From the NCBI GenBank assembly GCA_003971905.1, contig RSEE01000043.1, positions 248,001 to 312,000 on the forward strand: a stretch of DNA of 64,000 nt, given 5' to 3'. The notes under the pieces were generated by a model that saw only the letters and a program-made list of their open reading frames with translations, did not search any database and was not told the origin of the DNA. The stretch comes from Moniliella sp. 'wahieum'. Taxonomy: Eukaryota. Below, one piece after another: positions 13,181 to 27,035 of this stretch (position 1 is its first letter; every line of letters begins with the position of its first letter). Made by a program: the position numbers and the translations under genes.

Positions 13181-16100
13181 CTACACCACCACCAGACCCA
13201 TCACAGTATGGACAGATCCTTCCTCACGCCCACGACCCATTTCGGTGGTGCGACGAAGTGGGAGGCGGATGAGGCGCGTGAGGCGGATGAGGTTCCGAGG
13301 ACGACGGAGGTAGCAAGGATGCAGACGAACAGGACGGCTCCACCGTTTCTCTTCCGCCGCTCCGGCACTCGCAGGACTGATTGGACTCGTGGGACTTGAT
13401 GGGCTCGTAACGATAGGTGGAGGTGGAGGTGGAGGTGCGGATGCAGGCACAGCAGACTGATCCACGTACCCCATCATTTCCCCCCCGTTTGCGCCTATGC
13501 CGCCGGCACGCACTGATTGCGGTCCTGACGCAGGAGCAGCAGACCACCCATGCCCTCCGACCGACGGCGTATCCGTGTAACTGTAGCGCGCATTTCCCGC
13601 CCCGGACACAGGAGGGTACGTCCCACTCTCCCGCCCTGACCAGACCGACATGTGAGACATACGAGAACGCGCCGGTTCCTTGTCCCAGTCTTTCGTCGCC
13701 ACCGGCCAGGCCGGAGTAGAACCCGATACAGAGCCCGATTCAGACGCTGACCTGGACGTGGACCGCGACGTAGACCTGGAAGCGGAGGGCGAGCCTGACC
13801 GCGACGGGTGGTTTGATTCAGGCCAAGAAGGGCGCACGGCATGGGATACAGGACGCGGTGGGCCAGTGCCATTCCCCTTGGCTGCACCGTACACGCGCGG
13901 CGGGGGCCGGGTCGGTGGCACAGCGTGGGAGTCGGTGGCACGGAGGGGAGCCACGCGGGCGGGCGAAGAAGGAGGAAAAGAAGTGAGCTCTGCTGGATCG
14001 CCGTGGGTGGGGACTACTACGACGGTGGTGGGTGTGGTAGTTTGTGGTAGGTGGCGCAGGAGATCGGAGAGGCGGTGCAGCAGGCTGCCCAAACAATCGT
14101 TTCCACAACTGTTTCCCTTGTGGATCGTGGGGGCCTGGGTACGGCCCATGAATTTGCGGGAGCTCGTGGCGCCCATCGAGGTCGTAGAGATTGAGACGGG
14201 TCAATGCGCGTACGCCTCGGACTTGCAGCGGGTACGGATCTTTTCCCTCGGCGGCGAGACAGATGGCTCTGGCTTCCAACGCACGCGCTCTACGAACGCG
14301 TCTGCGCGCTTCTTTTTCCAAACCACGCATCAGTTGTTCATGCACCACTTCCTTCTTCTTGGTCTTGTTCCCGCCAATCCAGATCAACAGACCGGCCAAC
14401 GCGTTGCACGATAACGAGCTGGAAATGATGGCGGCGGTCAAAGCGGTGGGACGGTGGTGGTACTCAATCCCCCACGTCACTCCACACAGACAGATTTGAA
14501 GACACGAATGCAGATCCGACAAGATGACAATCGCAATTGCCAACTTGGCACTAAACGCACGGTGCGTCTCGGTTTCGTGGTACCGATAGTAATTGTGTGC
14601 CGAACGGAATTTGCGCTGCTGGTACACCAGCTGACTTTCTTCCGATAACGACAATACCGCTGGTTCGGCATCCCCTGGCACGGCATAGGCCACACGCCCA
14701 TCTTGCCCTTCTACCATCGCCGCCGCCCCGGCCGCAAGCGCCGTCGCGGCACTCTGCACTCCAGCTGGCGTCGCACTGTGCAACGGTACCACGGTCGCCA
14801 ACCGTGCATCCCCGTCCGACGGCAGCGCAACCACTGCCTCCTCACCTTTATTATCATCCTCAGGAGAGAGGTAGGTGACCTGGGCACCGGGTACGATCTT
14901 GGGGGCCCGATACTCGGATCGTGACCGGACCAGAATGTGGGACCGGAACGCCCCACCCGAAGGGGTAGGCGTAGGGTATCCTTTGGGACTGCCCATGTCA
15001 GAGGAAGGAGAAGTGCCCGTCGTGTCGAGGGGAGGCGAGTCGTGCGTGGTGAGCAGGTGCGGGAGCTGGCCAGGAGGGGCTTGGTATTCTTCCGCGTAAT
15101 GCGGGCGGGGATGGACAATGTGCGTGGGAACGGTTTGAGGAGCAGGCTGAGGCGCAGTGTTCCCGCGGCTATGCTGGGATGTCAACGACTGGACGGTAGG
15201 TGAGTGCGGAGGGTACTGGGTCGAGTCTTGGTTTTCCATCGTCGACTTTCCCAATCCTTCGGGTAGAGAGGCGAGGCCTGTCGGATCCGCGTGAGGGGTA
15301 CGCCTGTCTACGGCCAGTGGGCCGGGTGAGGGGGAGAAAGGGGGGGCGAATGACCAGGATAGGAAAGGCGCTTGGCACTGGGCGGGGTGGAACATGCGTT
15401 TGACAACGTTGGGCTTGTGGGCTGGCGGGTTGGCGAGGTCGACAGCAATGCTGCCGAAGGAGCGAAAGCTGGTCGTTGACTCGGAGGGTGGTGAGGACCG
15501 CGACGCCCCAACTCGGCGACAGGTGACGAGGCCGGATACAGCCGACTGACAGGCGAGGTGGCCGTGCCGTGCGTCACAGCGACCGCGACTGCGGCCGCTT
15601 CCTCTTCTACCTGCAACTCCGCCTGTGCCGCAGTGCCGTGATGAACACGGTCGTGGACACCGGCCGCGTCTTGTGCTTGCTTTTGAGGGTACGATGCTGT
15701 TTGGGAGTCATGGCCGATTTGCGATCAATCTTGTTCTTTTTGGCTTTGGCGTGGGCCTTGACCTTGGCCACTTCGTCCTCCGCCGCTTGAGCTGCTTCAG
15801 CAGGGGGCAGGTGACGCCGCCGGTTCGTGTCGTACAGACGGTAAGCATAGGACCGAGGAATGTCATTATCATCCGGAAGGGGCAAGAGATTCAGCTTGAC
15901 TCTCCGTCGCAGCGCTCGGCGGGCGGAGCAAACGTGATGCGGAACATGCGATATGAATCGCGCAGGCGAGAGGGCGCCAGCAAGAAACCAGTCAGGTTGA
16001 ACAGTACACACAAAATCTTATCGATCCGCTCGATCCATACTCGTCGATGGGGCGGATTCCACCAATGCACGATCAAAATGAAGATGGCAATGCCCCAGGC

Positions 16101-17501
16101 GGCCACCAACAGACCATAAAAGACCATCAAAAATCCCAGCGCTGGGCAACGCAAGAACAGATGGAGAGGCTAGGTGAGTAAGAGGGAACAAAAGCACAGG
16201 GAGAGGGTACATACGTGTCCGCAGTACCTTCCAAAACCAATCAGACCACGGCGAAAGCGTTCTCGGGGGGTATGAGCCTCATAATCGCAGCCTCCACTGC
16301 CTCGTCTTCCTCAGCTTGCTTGGGACAAACGTGCCTTTTCTTCCAACCTTTGCGCAAGTAAGGCGGGGTCGCGGGTTGGAACTCTCCTTCCTCCCCGAGG
16401 AAGGAGACTTATCTGGGAGGGAAAATTGGAGTGTATTTCCTTGTCGATGGTCCAATTCAGGATCGGGGGAGGGCAGCATCCCACTTGGCTCGTTGGCCTC
16501 GACAGACAATGTAGGGTAGGGGACCGTCCCAAGTTGCTGGCCGGGCACAATGCCCCCTTGAACTTCGTCGTAAGATTTGCTTGTAGACAGGTGAGTAGTA
16601 GAAACAGGGTTCAGCTCCCAGGTGGCCTTGTCCAACTCCGATGGACTGCCAAAGGTGCCCCACACTCAATTGAAGAGGGTTGCTATAGCCGTGGGGCTGG
16701 GGACGGTGCCAGGAGGGTTCGGAGGTGGTGACACCCAATGGATCGGTTGGATAGGCGGCTACGCCTTCGACCATAGGGGTTAGCGCCTTGGGAGGGGGGG
16801 GTACCACCTTGGGGGAGCCTGGGGGGGCGGCCAGATTGACTCGATGGCCAAGTGAACCAAACAGCGACGCGTGGGCTGGTCGGGCGAATCGTGGCCACGG
16901 CTAAAGGATGGAAGACGGGAGCGAATACGACTGTGGGTGGAGGCGGCGGAGGCGCGGCGGGAAGGAAGGGCGGTGGGAGGGAGATGGGGGCTGCCGGAAG
17001 TCCTGGGAGAAGGTGATGTGGCGCCGGGGCGGGGAGGCGGGGGGGCGTGAGACGGGGACAAAGGATCAATGTGTTCTTCGCTGTCGTCGTGGTGCCCCGG
17101 GGGACAAGGTCGGACCAGGAGGGGATGGGAGGCGGATGAAAAGGAGGAGCAAAAAGGACGCCCTGGATGTTGCTCCAAGTGTTCATCGCCGCATAGGCGG
17201 GGTCCACCACGTCCCACACGTCGGCCTCCTGCGCACGCTGGGCCTCGGCATCGGCTGCAGCCTCGGCGCGGATGTGATTGGAGGCAAGGGCGCGGTCGCG
17301 GATGCCGCGCATGGCCGCGAGGCCGAGGCGGGACGAGTAGCTGGGCGAGACGGCAGCGGGAGTAGTAGCATCGGCGGGAAGAGGGGAATGATCGATGGAG
17401 GGGGCGGACTTGGCGCGGGGGCGGGGGCGGGGCACAGCGAGGGTGTCCGCCGGCGGTGGCTGCGGGGGGGGCTCGACGGGGGGAGGCGATGCGCCCGGCA
17501 T
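13181..17501 (-). CDS. DUF2985-family fungal integral membrane protein
   Basis: Motifs: DVWDVVDPAYAAMNTWSNIQ; FLMVFYGLLVAAWG..WIERIDKILCVLFNLTGFLLAPSRLRDSY; HNYYRYHETETHRAF..DLHSCLQICLCG..GGNKTKK. Intron 16142-16214 (GTATGT..CCAG). Ends approximate. Confidence 0.75.
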
Positions 17502-18294
17502 GGCGGGCGAAAGCGCAAGGGATGGTGGTGGCAGGCTGAGCGCAGCGGCTATGGAATGGGCGTGTGGTGTGAGGAAGGACGGAATGCGGATTGATATTGA
17601 TGATGGATGGATGATGCGTGCGCTTAGGCTGCTCTGTAGGCTGGATGTCGATGATTGGTGATTGAATATTGGGGGTTGCTTAAATGAGTGCGCTGAGTAC
17701 CCAGATCACTCAGACGGAGTGCTGTCGGGCCCAGCAGCGGCTTAGGCCCGGGTGGCTGGGTTATTAATTAGCAGGCGCCAGGCACGTCAGCCGACTGGCT
17801 GCCCCCGTGCCGCGTGCCCAGCGTTCACGTCTCAGATAGGCTCGCAGCAGGCCAGTCGCCTTGGCACCCCGCACCAGCCCAGCGACACCCAAAGCTGAGG
17901 CGCCGGCGCGCACTGCCCCCGTGCGGGCCTGCCGTGCGCTCTGAGTGCAGCCACCGGCCCACTTTCGACCCGTGTGGCCCCGTGCGTCGCCTGCACCCGC
18001 CTGCACTGGCCTGCACTGCGTCGTGAGTGCAGGCGGGGCACGGCGCCAGTGGGCCCATGGCTGCTGCCCACTGCATCCACCGGCCGCGTGCCTCGCAGGG
18101 CCTCAGCGCCAGCAGCGCCTGCTGCGGCCTGCGAGCGCTGCGTCCGCACCTGCTCGCATGCCAGCCTCTGACCGGTGCTCCCAGTTTCACTTTCTGCCTT
18201 GGCATTCCCATCTGCCACCAGCCCTCCCAGTCCAACCCAAGCTCACCCACCCTCCACGCCAGCTATTCTATCCATTTTGCCCCCTCCGTCTGCC

Positions 18295-19701
18295 TTAGGC
18301 CGACCCCGCCATCCCCGCCACCTGCGGCACCGCCGGCGTCCACGTATGGCCTGCCTCGCGCACGCGCCAGAGCGCAAGGCGCTGGATCTGCTCCACCTCC
18401 TTCGGCCCTGACGCCACCCCCGGATCCAACACCGCACGCACAATCGCTGCCCCCACCGTGTCCACATGCAGCGGATCTTGCGTCAGCAGGCCCGCCACGC
18501 TCGTCGCAATCGCCTTGGCCTGCGACGAAGCACTGTCCGTGCCGCTCTGCCCAAAGTGCGCCAACACCGACGCCGGAGTAGGCAGCCCCACGATGCAAGC
18601 TGCCGGTGCACGTGCACGCTTGCGTCCAATATGGCGGCCGGGAGGGTGGTCAGGGGTCGGTTGTGCGGGTGGTACATCAGTCCTGAGGTAATTGGCAAGC
18701 GCAACGTTAGTTATCCTGCATTGCATACCCGTTGTCGTGCTCGCCCGCCTTACACCCCCAACAGAGAAACGTGAAAGAGGCAACAGAGAGGGGCGAGAGT
18801 AAAACGAGAAAACAAAAGTCCACGCCAACGTACTGGTCGCATGTAGATTCCACGCATGATAGGAGCTTGGCCGGCACCGGGTTGGCAAAACTGTGTAATC
18901 CCTGCTTCGGCTGCCCGTTTGGACGCAATGTACTCTGCTGAGATCAGCGGCCGGAACAGATCGCGGCAGAGAGGTAGACAAAGGAGGCAGAGGGGGTATG
19001 ACCCTTGGGTGCTACCCCTTGCCTCGCTTGCAGTTCCGACGAGAAGAGGCGGCAGCATTGAGGGCTGGAAACCGGGAAGGAAAGGTAAGGTGGAAACCGA
19101 TCCGCACGTCAGTTTAAAAAATGACAACGAATAAGAGAGGCAGCGCGGTGGAGGGGGAGGGGAATGGAAGAAAATAGGACAGGAGGGAAAAGAGGGAACG
19201 CACCTGCTTGCGTGTTCATCTGCGCGTAACTAAACTTGGGGTCCACCGCACCAGAAGAAGAGTCGCCGGTCGAAGTCCATCCCGCGTGAGACCAGAAAGG
19301 ATGTCACACACTCCACCCCGCTGGGACGAGCAGTAGAGGAAGAAGCTACAGTGCGAGGCTTGTAATCCGCTTCGAGCAAAATGCCCACCGTATGCACCAC
19401 GGCATCGGCTTGGGAAAAGAGTTGTCACCCGCTCGTTTTGCGGCGTGGAACGCCAGGCTTGACCCGGCGTCGGCAGAGCCAGGACATCGCCTTGCTCCCA
19501 TCGCATGCAGCTGGACGCCGTCCAGGCTGGAAGGTGACCACCTGGGTTGCGCCACGCTCGGCCCGAGGGGCTGAGCGACGTCACTTGGATCGCAGGTTCC
19601 GCCCCTGGGGGCGTAACGCGCGCCGAGGCGGCGACCAGCGCCTTGCATACGGCAGACCCGACGAACCCGTTGCCACCCACGACAGCCACACGGAACACCA
19701 T
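18295..19701 (-). CDS. COQ11: NAD(P)-binding atypical SDR, COQ11/NDUFA9-like (ubiquinone biosynthesis)
   Basis: Rossmann start MVFRVAVVGGNGFVGSAVCKAL; VVHTVGILLEADYK; SYAQMN; YIASKRAAE (YxxxK); MRP|GLMYHPHNRPLTT; PLHVDTVGAAIV. At least two introns. Confidence 0.8.
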
Positions 19702-19953
19702 GGTTTCTGGAGCGGTAAGAAAAGAGAGGCAGAAAACAGAAGAGGGAAGGTGGAAGGCGGGAGATGACAGATGGAAGAGGGAAGATGGGAAAGGCTAGGT
19801 AGAATGCCGAATGGGATGATTCACCACTGCGCTTGCCGAATGCGATGATCATCAACCTCTAGCTTCACGCGTGATGGGGTGCCGGAAGGTACAACTTCGT
19901 CCAATTGCCCAATCATGACCATCACATACAGGGTCTTCGTTCCAAGTCATCAG

Positions 19954-20042
19954 GGGTTCGTGGTGTAGTGGTATCATGCCTCTTTAGGGTTGCGGAAGCT
20001 AACTCATAGAGGTGGTCCTCGGTTCGATCCCGGGCGGACCCC
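19954..20042 (+). tRNA. tRNA-Pro(AGG) with 17-nt intron
   Basis: Acceptor stem GGGTTCG/CGGACCC; anticodon stem CCTCT/AGAGG; anticodon AGG at 19986-19988; intron 19990-20006; T-loop TTCGATC; TTTTT Pol III terminator at 20043-20047. Confidence 0.92.
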
Positions 20043-20641
20043 TTTTTGCTTCGAACGCCTCACACTGTCCTGAGTCCTGTGTACTGCGTGCGTACTGTCT
20101 ACTAACTTTGTACCGTGTGTACTGACTGGGTCCTGGGTGTATTACACTCTTATAGAACCAATCCCTGCCCGAGCCAGCTACAACCTACTTACAACGTAAG
20201 ACCTACGACCCGACGCGTTACTGCGTACCATTCTTCGTCCCCATCACAACGCGATTATTCGTAACGCGCTAACATCCCGAGGAACCCAACCAACACAAGT
20301 GACTAGGGTGGCCGGCCCTCGGACGCCCCGACGACCACAAGACGAGACCAGTTGGCATACCGCCAACCACAGCACAAAAGAGCAGCACGGCGATAGCGCA
20401 TAGGAGTGGACCTGAACCCGACCTACAATCAAACGAGGAGGCACGGCACATCGTAGTACGGTTGCTGGTACCGCTACCCGTGGTTCTCTTTGTCGCGAGT
20501 ACCGGCATAGATGGATGGGTGGGGTAGACACTAGGGGGTTCATATACATAAGAGCGCGGAGCTTCAAGCTTCCAGCAAGGTTCACACGTTCACGCTTCAA
20601 GCTTCAAAGGGCCCAACCAAAGATCAGGCAAGAGGGTAGGC

Positions 20642-20740
20642 AAGAACAGTCACAGAACAGTTCAGAACAGAACAGAACAGATCAGATCAGATCGGACCAG
20701 AACAGAAAAGAACAGATCAGAACAGAACAGAGCAGAGGAC
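20642..20740. repeat. (CAGAA/CAGAT)n pentamer microsatellite
   Basis: cagaacagaacagaacagatcagatcagatc.. seen directly. Confidence 0.8.
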
Positions 20741-21116
20741 AAGAAAAGAGAGAACAGTAGGAGAGAGAAAAAAGAACAGGACACAGAAGGGCAGCAAGGC
20801 AGAGCAGGGAAAGGAATCAAGAGGTGGTAGACGGGGGGGTGGGGTGGGGGGGGGGCAAATGAGTGTGGTGGACCCCAAAGGTTCGAGATCGGACAGGCAA
20901 AGGCCGAGGCAAGAGACAAAAATGAGAGTAAAATACGGGATACGGGATCCCGGTCGGGGTCGGGGTCGGGACTGAGTGGTGAGGGAAAAAAAGTAGGTTT
21001 GGGGAGGGGAGGGGAGGGGGGACAGTACTCGGGTTCCTCGTCACAGCACGGGGGCCTTGACGGTGGGAAAACAACGAGCAGCAGAGGTATACAAGAACAA
21101 GTGGCCTGGGGGCACG

Positions 21117-24100
21117 TTACCATGCCGAAGGGTTGCGCCACTGCACAGCCGGAGCAGGAATGCCCCGACCGCGCGAAGGGTTGACCACCGACAGTTCTGA
21201 TGACGTCGACATGACTGACCGAGCGGTCCGACCAGCGCGAGAGTGACGGGAAGTGTCCCCTTCCCCCCCGCTGCCGGGCGATCCGCTCACCGGTGCCGCA
21301 AGGTACGAGCGCGACAAGGGCGTGTCGGGGTTAACCTTGGGCGTGCGCGAGGTACGCGACCCGCCCGAACGGACCGAATGCGCCGCGCGCTGCGGAGCAT
21401 CCAACGAACCCCGCGGCGTACGGTGGACGTGAGATGAAGGTGACGGAAGAGGATGTTCCTGGCGCCAGACGTTGTACTGTTCCGCCGGATTGGTTGCTGC
21501 CTCGGCCGCTCGTTCGGGGTAAACTGTTCATCCAACGCGGTCCGTTGGGCCTTGACAGCGGCCAGACGGTGACGCGCCAACGAAGCTTGACTCGCTTGCC
21601 ACGCCTGCAACTCGGCAGCGGCCTGTTCGGCCGCTACCTTTTCCGCTGCTTTGCGCTGTTGACGATGCAGTTTGGCCGCTTCGGCGCGTTCCCGCTTCTC
21701 CTGCGCACGAACTTCCTTCTCGTGTCGCTGGGCTTCCTTCTGGGCGGCCTTTCGTGCTTCTTCCGCCTGCTTGGCATCCGCAGCGGTTTGAGCCCGCTGC
21801 GCTTCGGCCGAATCCGACAGCGCGGTCCGGTGCGTCGACGCGGCTTGCGCCGCTGCTTCGGCCCGTTTCTTTTCCTCCTTTTCCCGTTTCCGCTCCTCGC
21901 GGTCGGCCAAGCGCCGGAGGAGGCGAGACGGTGCTTGGCTGCCTTCTCGGGCTTGGCCGCATCCGCTGCTGCGACGGCAGCAGCACCCGCGGCAACAGCA
22001 GCTCCTGCATCACATCCATTTGTCAGTCAGTGCACACGCGAATCAAAACAAAATGAAAAGGGACTAGACGTACCCGAACCAGGTGTGCCCGGCGCATCCG
22101 TAGGCTCAAACGAGGAAAGGTCCTCACGAAGGCGCGACGTGTGCGCAGGAGCAGACGAGGTACCGTGACCAGCGTCGGAAGCGAACGTTTCCTCGCCATG
22201 GTCAGCCGCGTCGTCCGAATCTGCCTCCTCGGCCGACAGGCCTCGGTCAATCAGGGCGTCGGCCCCAGCAGGGGCGCCTGCCTCTTCCGAAGGCGTCTCG
22301 AGTGCTTCGGGCGCCTCGATTTCATCTTCAACTTCCTTAGCAGTAGGGCGGGGAGCAGCCTCCTCATCCACTGAACCCTCCGAAGCTGGAACGGGAGCGG
22401 CCGGCTCCACCGCTTTCACCCCGGGTTCCGTCTCGTGGACGACATCCTTCACCGCAGGCTCCGCCACCGTCACAACCTCTGGTTCGGCCACCTTCACTGC
22501 GGGCTCATGTTCAACAGCTTCGCCTTGCGCCGTGCCTTCTTCCTCGGTAGTCTTCTTGGCAGATGGATCCGTGGCGGTCCCAACAACTCCCTCTTCCGCA
22601 ACGGTTTCTTCCGGAACGTCGTCCGCAGCAGTAGAAGACAAAACAAGGGAGGGGTGGAAGGTGAAACAGGTGCAGTAACCGCCTTCTCGGCACCCGCAGA
22701 CTCTGGCTTCGTTTCGGTGACGGCGCGAGCGATCGCCAAATCTCCCGCTCCAGCAGGAGGGACTTTGGTGTAGACGCAGCGGCTGCAATTGGAACGGCAG
22801 CAGCCACAGGAGCGGCCGCAGCGGCCGTAGGCGAAGGTTTCTTGGAACGCCGGAACCAGGAGAAGCGGGACGACTTTTCCTTCGGCTCTTTCGTGGCCTT
22901 CAAGGAAGCCTTACCGGCCTGAGCTTTGGTCTCTGCCTCCTTCTCGCGCAGAAGGAGCAGTAGGCGAGACAATGGGTGCCTCCTTTGTAGCAGGGCTCTT
23001 ACTCTGTTCGATAGTAGTTGCCGCCGGCTGCTTCACATCGTCTTTGCCCGGTTTCTCAGCTGAGCCTGCCGCATGAACCACGGCGAAAGCACCGGTGGCA
23101 GCCACCACAGGAGCAAGTAGCTTCTTGGGCTGAGGATCGGTCGTATCCGCAAATGCACCAGAAGACGTTACAGCGGGAGCGAAATGGCCGCCATCCACGT
23201 CCTTAGAGGGGTCTCGGTAGGCTCTGATTCGAGTGCAGCCTTGCTGTCAGACTCAGTTGTGACGGGTTCAGAGATCTGTTCTTTGGGTGCTTCAGCACGG
23301 GCTCAGCTGTGGGCTCGACGGCCGAACCAGGAGCCGTTCGGTGATAGATGAGTAGCCAGCTCGGCGGTAGGCTCGACAGTAGGCTCAACAGCAGACTCGA
23401 CAGCGGGCTCGGCAGGCTCAACAGCAGACTCGACAGGCTCGGCAGCAGGCTCGGCAGCAGGCTCGATAGGCTCGGCAGCAGACTCAACAGCAGGCTCCGC
23501 AGTAGAATCCATAGCGGGCTCAGCAACAGTTTCGGTTGCAGGCACAACAGAAGGCGTGTCTTGCGCTGGCTCCGACGTGTCGGTAGGGTGATCCACCGTT
23601 TCCTCCAACGTGGACGGGATGCCAGACACGGTGGGGGTCTTGGGTTCAGTCACCGAGGACGAGGTAAGGGAAGAACGGTCGGGATTTAGCGACGTGCCTG
23701 CCGTGGCCAAGGCAAGTGTACCGCCCACACCTGCTACGCCACGGTAAATGCTCGAGGTCGAGGTTGTTCCTCCCAGATCAGGCCGAGCGGGCGATGCGGT
23801 GGAAACGTCCGTTTTGGACTCAACCATCGATCGAGGTGGAGAAGAGGGATCAGCGGGGACTGGTGTACCGCTTTCACGCTTCGCCTTCAACGCAGCCTCA
23901 TCCAGACCGACCAGGGGCTTGGTTTCCGGAGTAACAGATTTGGGCTGGTCATCAGGTTGGGTCTGCGTGGTACTGGGCTTCTCCTTAAGAGGCTCTGCCA
24001 CTTTGATCGACTTGATCCATCCGATGGCCGCCGGCGTCCCGTCCGTTTTCAGTTCGGGTTTCTGTGCCGGAACGGCAGCAGTCTCGGCCTCGATTGGGGT

Positions 24101-27035
24101 GGCCTCTTGGATGGGACAGCTTCGTCAATGTGCGCGGGCTCCTTGGTATGAACAGGCTCCTCAGCCGTAGCAGCCACCGGTGGGGCAGGGACAGCTTCTG
24201 TTTCGGTCTCAGTTTCGGCAGGTTGAGGTTGCTCACTAGGCGCGTCGACGACAGGAGCGACCTCGTTGGTGTCGACAGGACCTTCCTCCTCAGGCACAGC
24301 CACCGCATCCTTGGCTTTCTCCTGCATTTGCGCTTCAGGAGCGGTGGCGGATTCAGCAGGTGCAGTCTCTGGCTCAGCCGTAGTAGCTTTGGGCTCAACA
24401 GGGAAAGCCTCCGCATCAACAGGTGCCTCCGAAGCTGCCTCTTTGACGGGCGCAATCTCCTCCACGGGGAGTGCCTCCTTCACGGGAGGCGCCTCCTCCT
24501 TAACAGGAGTTTTCTCTTCCTGGACCGGAGCAGTTACCTCCTCGGCAGGAGCAGTTACCTCCTCGGCAGGAGCAGTCTCCTCCTTGACAGGAGCAGTCAC
24601 CCCCTCAGCAGGAGCAGTCTCCTCCTTGACAGGAGCAGTCACCTCCTCAGCAGGAGCAGTCTCCTCCTTGACAGGAGCAGTCACCCCTCAGCAGGAGCAG
24701 TCTCCTCTTGACAGGAGCAGTCACCTCCTCAGCAGGAGCAGTCTCCTCCTGACAGGAGCAATCTCCTCCTGGATCGGAGCAGCCTTCTCCTCAACCAGGA
24801 GAGTCTTCTTGACAGGAACAGTCTCCTCCTCAACGGGAGAGTCTCCTTGATAGGAGCAGCTTCCTCAGAGACCGGAAGGGCCTTCTCCGTGACAGGAGCA
24901 GCCTCCTCCTTGACCGGAGCAGCCTCCTCCGTGACGGGAGCAGCCTCCTCCGCGACGGGAGCCACCTCTTCAGAACTGGGGGCTTGTGCACGCGACCCAG
25001 CCGCTGCATCGTCGGTAGACGCGCTCTCGATCGCCTTGGGGCCAGGCGACGACTCTGTACCTGTACCCGTTTGAAGGATGGACCTCCTCCTCCTGCTTGG
25101 TCCCAACTTCTTCCTCCACCTTCTCGATGTCGTTGGACTTTGCAAGAGCAGGCGCAGGTTCGTCTGGGGTGTTGGGGGATGCCTTCTTCTGGGAGGTGGT
25201 CAGGTCCGTCTGAGTAGGTACCGTCAGTTTCGCTTTTCTTACTTGGGGGTAAGAGGAAGGGGAAGGAGAGAAAAAAGGGAGGAGAGAAGGGACGGAGGAG
25301 GGGCAGGGAGAAGCATACGAACCTCAGGATCTGTCTTCGTGTTCGTCTCAGTCGCAGCCTCCGTCTTAGTCTCAGGCTGAACCTCGGCGGCAGGGACGTC
25401 CGTACCCTTTTCGGTGCTTGTCGCGGCTGCGGGCTGAGCCTGATCGTCGTCCTTACCTGCAAGAGGAGAGACGTCCTTTGTTGTTTCCCCCTCCTTACTT
25501 GCTGTCTTAGCCGAAGCGCCGCCGCCACAGCCGCCACGCCGCTGCAGCACCAGTAGTAGCAGCACCAGCAGCAGCGCCAGAAGCAGTACCAGCAGCAGCG
25601 CCAGAAGCAGTACTAGCAGCAGATGCCGCCTTAGCGCCCGCGCCCGTAGTGGTTTGGTGGCAGTGGCAGCTGCTGCTTTGGAAGTGGAGGGAGAAGGACT
25701 TTTCTTGCTCCTAAACAAGCCCTTGAAAAAACCAGGCTTGTCTTTCTTGCCGTGCTCGTTTTTGCCTTTGGCTTTAAGCTCTTGCTCCTCTTGGCTTTGA
25801 GCTCTTGCTCCTTCTTGGCTTTAAGCTCTTGCTCTTCTTGGCTTTGAGCTCCTGCTCCTTCTTGGCTTTGAGCTCTTGCTCGCGCTTGATAGCTGCTTGC
25901 TTAGCTTGTAATGCTGCTCCTTCTTGGCCTTCTCTGCAAGTTTGGCCTTCTCCTTTTCAGCCTTCTTTCAGCTTTCTTCTCGGCGCGCGTAGGGGCCTTG
26001 GAGGCGCCTTGCCAGGAGTTTCTTTCTTTCCTGTCGCTGCTGGAACAGCAACGGCTGCTGCGGCTGCGGCTGCGGTTGTGCTGCGGTTGTGGCCGCGGCT
26101 GTAGATGGGGTAGGGGCTGGGGCTGTACCGACCGCGCTGGATTGAACTTGCTCCCCCTCCTCCTTCTTGGGGTGGACAGTGTCCTCCTTAGATTCGTGAG
26201 AGGCAGGAACATCGTCGATGGCACGGGTTGCAGGCGCAGCAGAGGTAGTAGCACCTGTCTTGTTACCCTCGGGTTCAAGAACCTCCGCCGCCTCCTTCTT
26301 GTCCACCTCAGGAGGAGAGCGACAGCGATCTTGTCTTTTTAACGCAGTGGTGTCGCCTTTTGCTCACCCTCAGGCGTAGCGTCTGCTTCGACGGCCGGGG
26401 TAGGACCGCGGTGTCGGTAACAGCCGGGGAAGGGGCTTGACTTACGTTGGCAGGTACAGGTTTGCGCGCCACCGAGTCGCGCGACCCCTGTGCACTAGAA
26501 GACTTGGTCTCCAGTGGCTCGGTCGGGCTGCTGGGCCCGACGGCAGAGGTACCACTGCCCCCGCGGATGCGCCCAACATGGCCGATGCAAGGCCCACGTC
26601 GGCGCTGCCAAATACGGGGGCAACAGAAGTGGAAGTGGAGGTGGTAGGCTGGGAGGGGACGGGACGGTGGCGTTGGTGTTGGTGTCGGAGGTCGGGGGAC
26701 GGGTGCAGAAGGAGAGGGAGCGGGGGCTTCCTCCTCGAGGTCGTCCACGTCGGTCGAGACGAGGCCAGAAGCAGCTTCCTGGCCCGTGGCCTGGTCGACA
26801 AGGACGATGCGGAAGGTGTGCTCGTCGACGCGGGTGGCGGTGTAGAAAGGGTTTGGTCTTGCGTGCGGCGAGTGCGGGGCGCCTCAGCAGCATTGATGGG
26901 CTCGGGGGCGTTGGCAGTGTCGAACGGGTGAAGGCCTGGATGGCCTGGGTGGCGCTGGCCTCGTCGGCCACGGGCACGACGGCGCGGTGGCCGTCGATGA
27001 GCAGCTCCTTTGTGGCGGGGCGGGGAGGGAGCCAT
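21117..27035 (-). CDS. Very large low-complexity Ala/Glu/Pro/Lys-rich protein with internal tandem repeats and coiled-coil segments (function unknown)
   Basis: Chain of compositionally continuous minus-strand ORFs (TAPVKEE/TAPAEEV, AEPAVES and KEQELKA repeats; EERKREKEEKK coiled coil). GT-AG introns at 25210-25322 and 22005-22073. Boundaries approximate. Confidence 0.65.
23360..23530 (-). repeat. Coding tandem repeat (AEP/VES units)
   Basis: Repeated ggctc..cagcag units; translates AEPAVESAAEPIEPAAEP.. Confidence 0.8.
24460..24965 (-). repeat. Coding 21-bp tandem repeat array (7-aa units TAPVKEE / TAPAEEV / AAPVTEE)
   Basis: Unit acaggagcagtc(t/a)cctcct.. repeated at 21-nt period. Confidence 0.9.
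25770..25882 (-). repeat. Coding KEQELKA(K) repeat
   Basis: ggcttt(a/g)agctcttgctc.. repeated five times. Confidence 0.8.
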
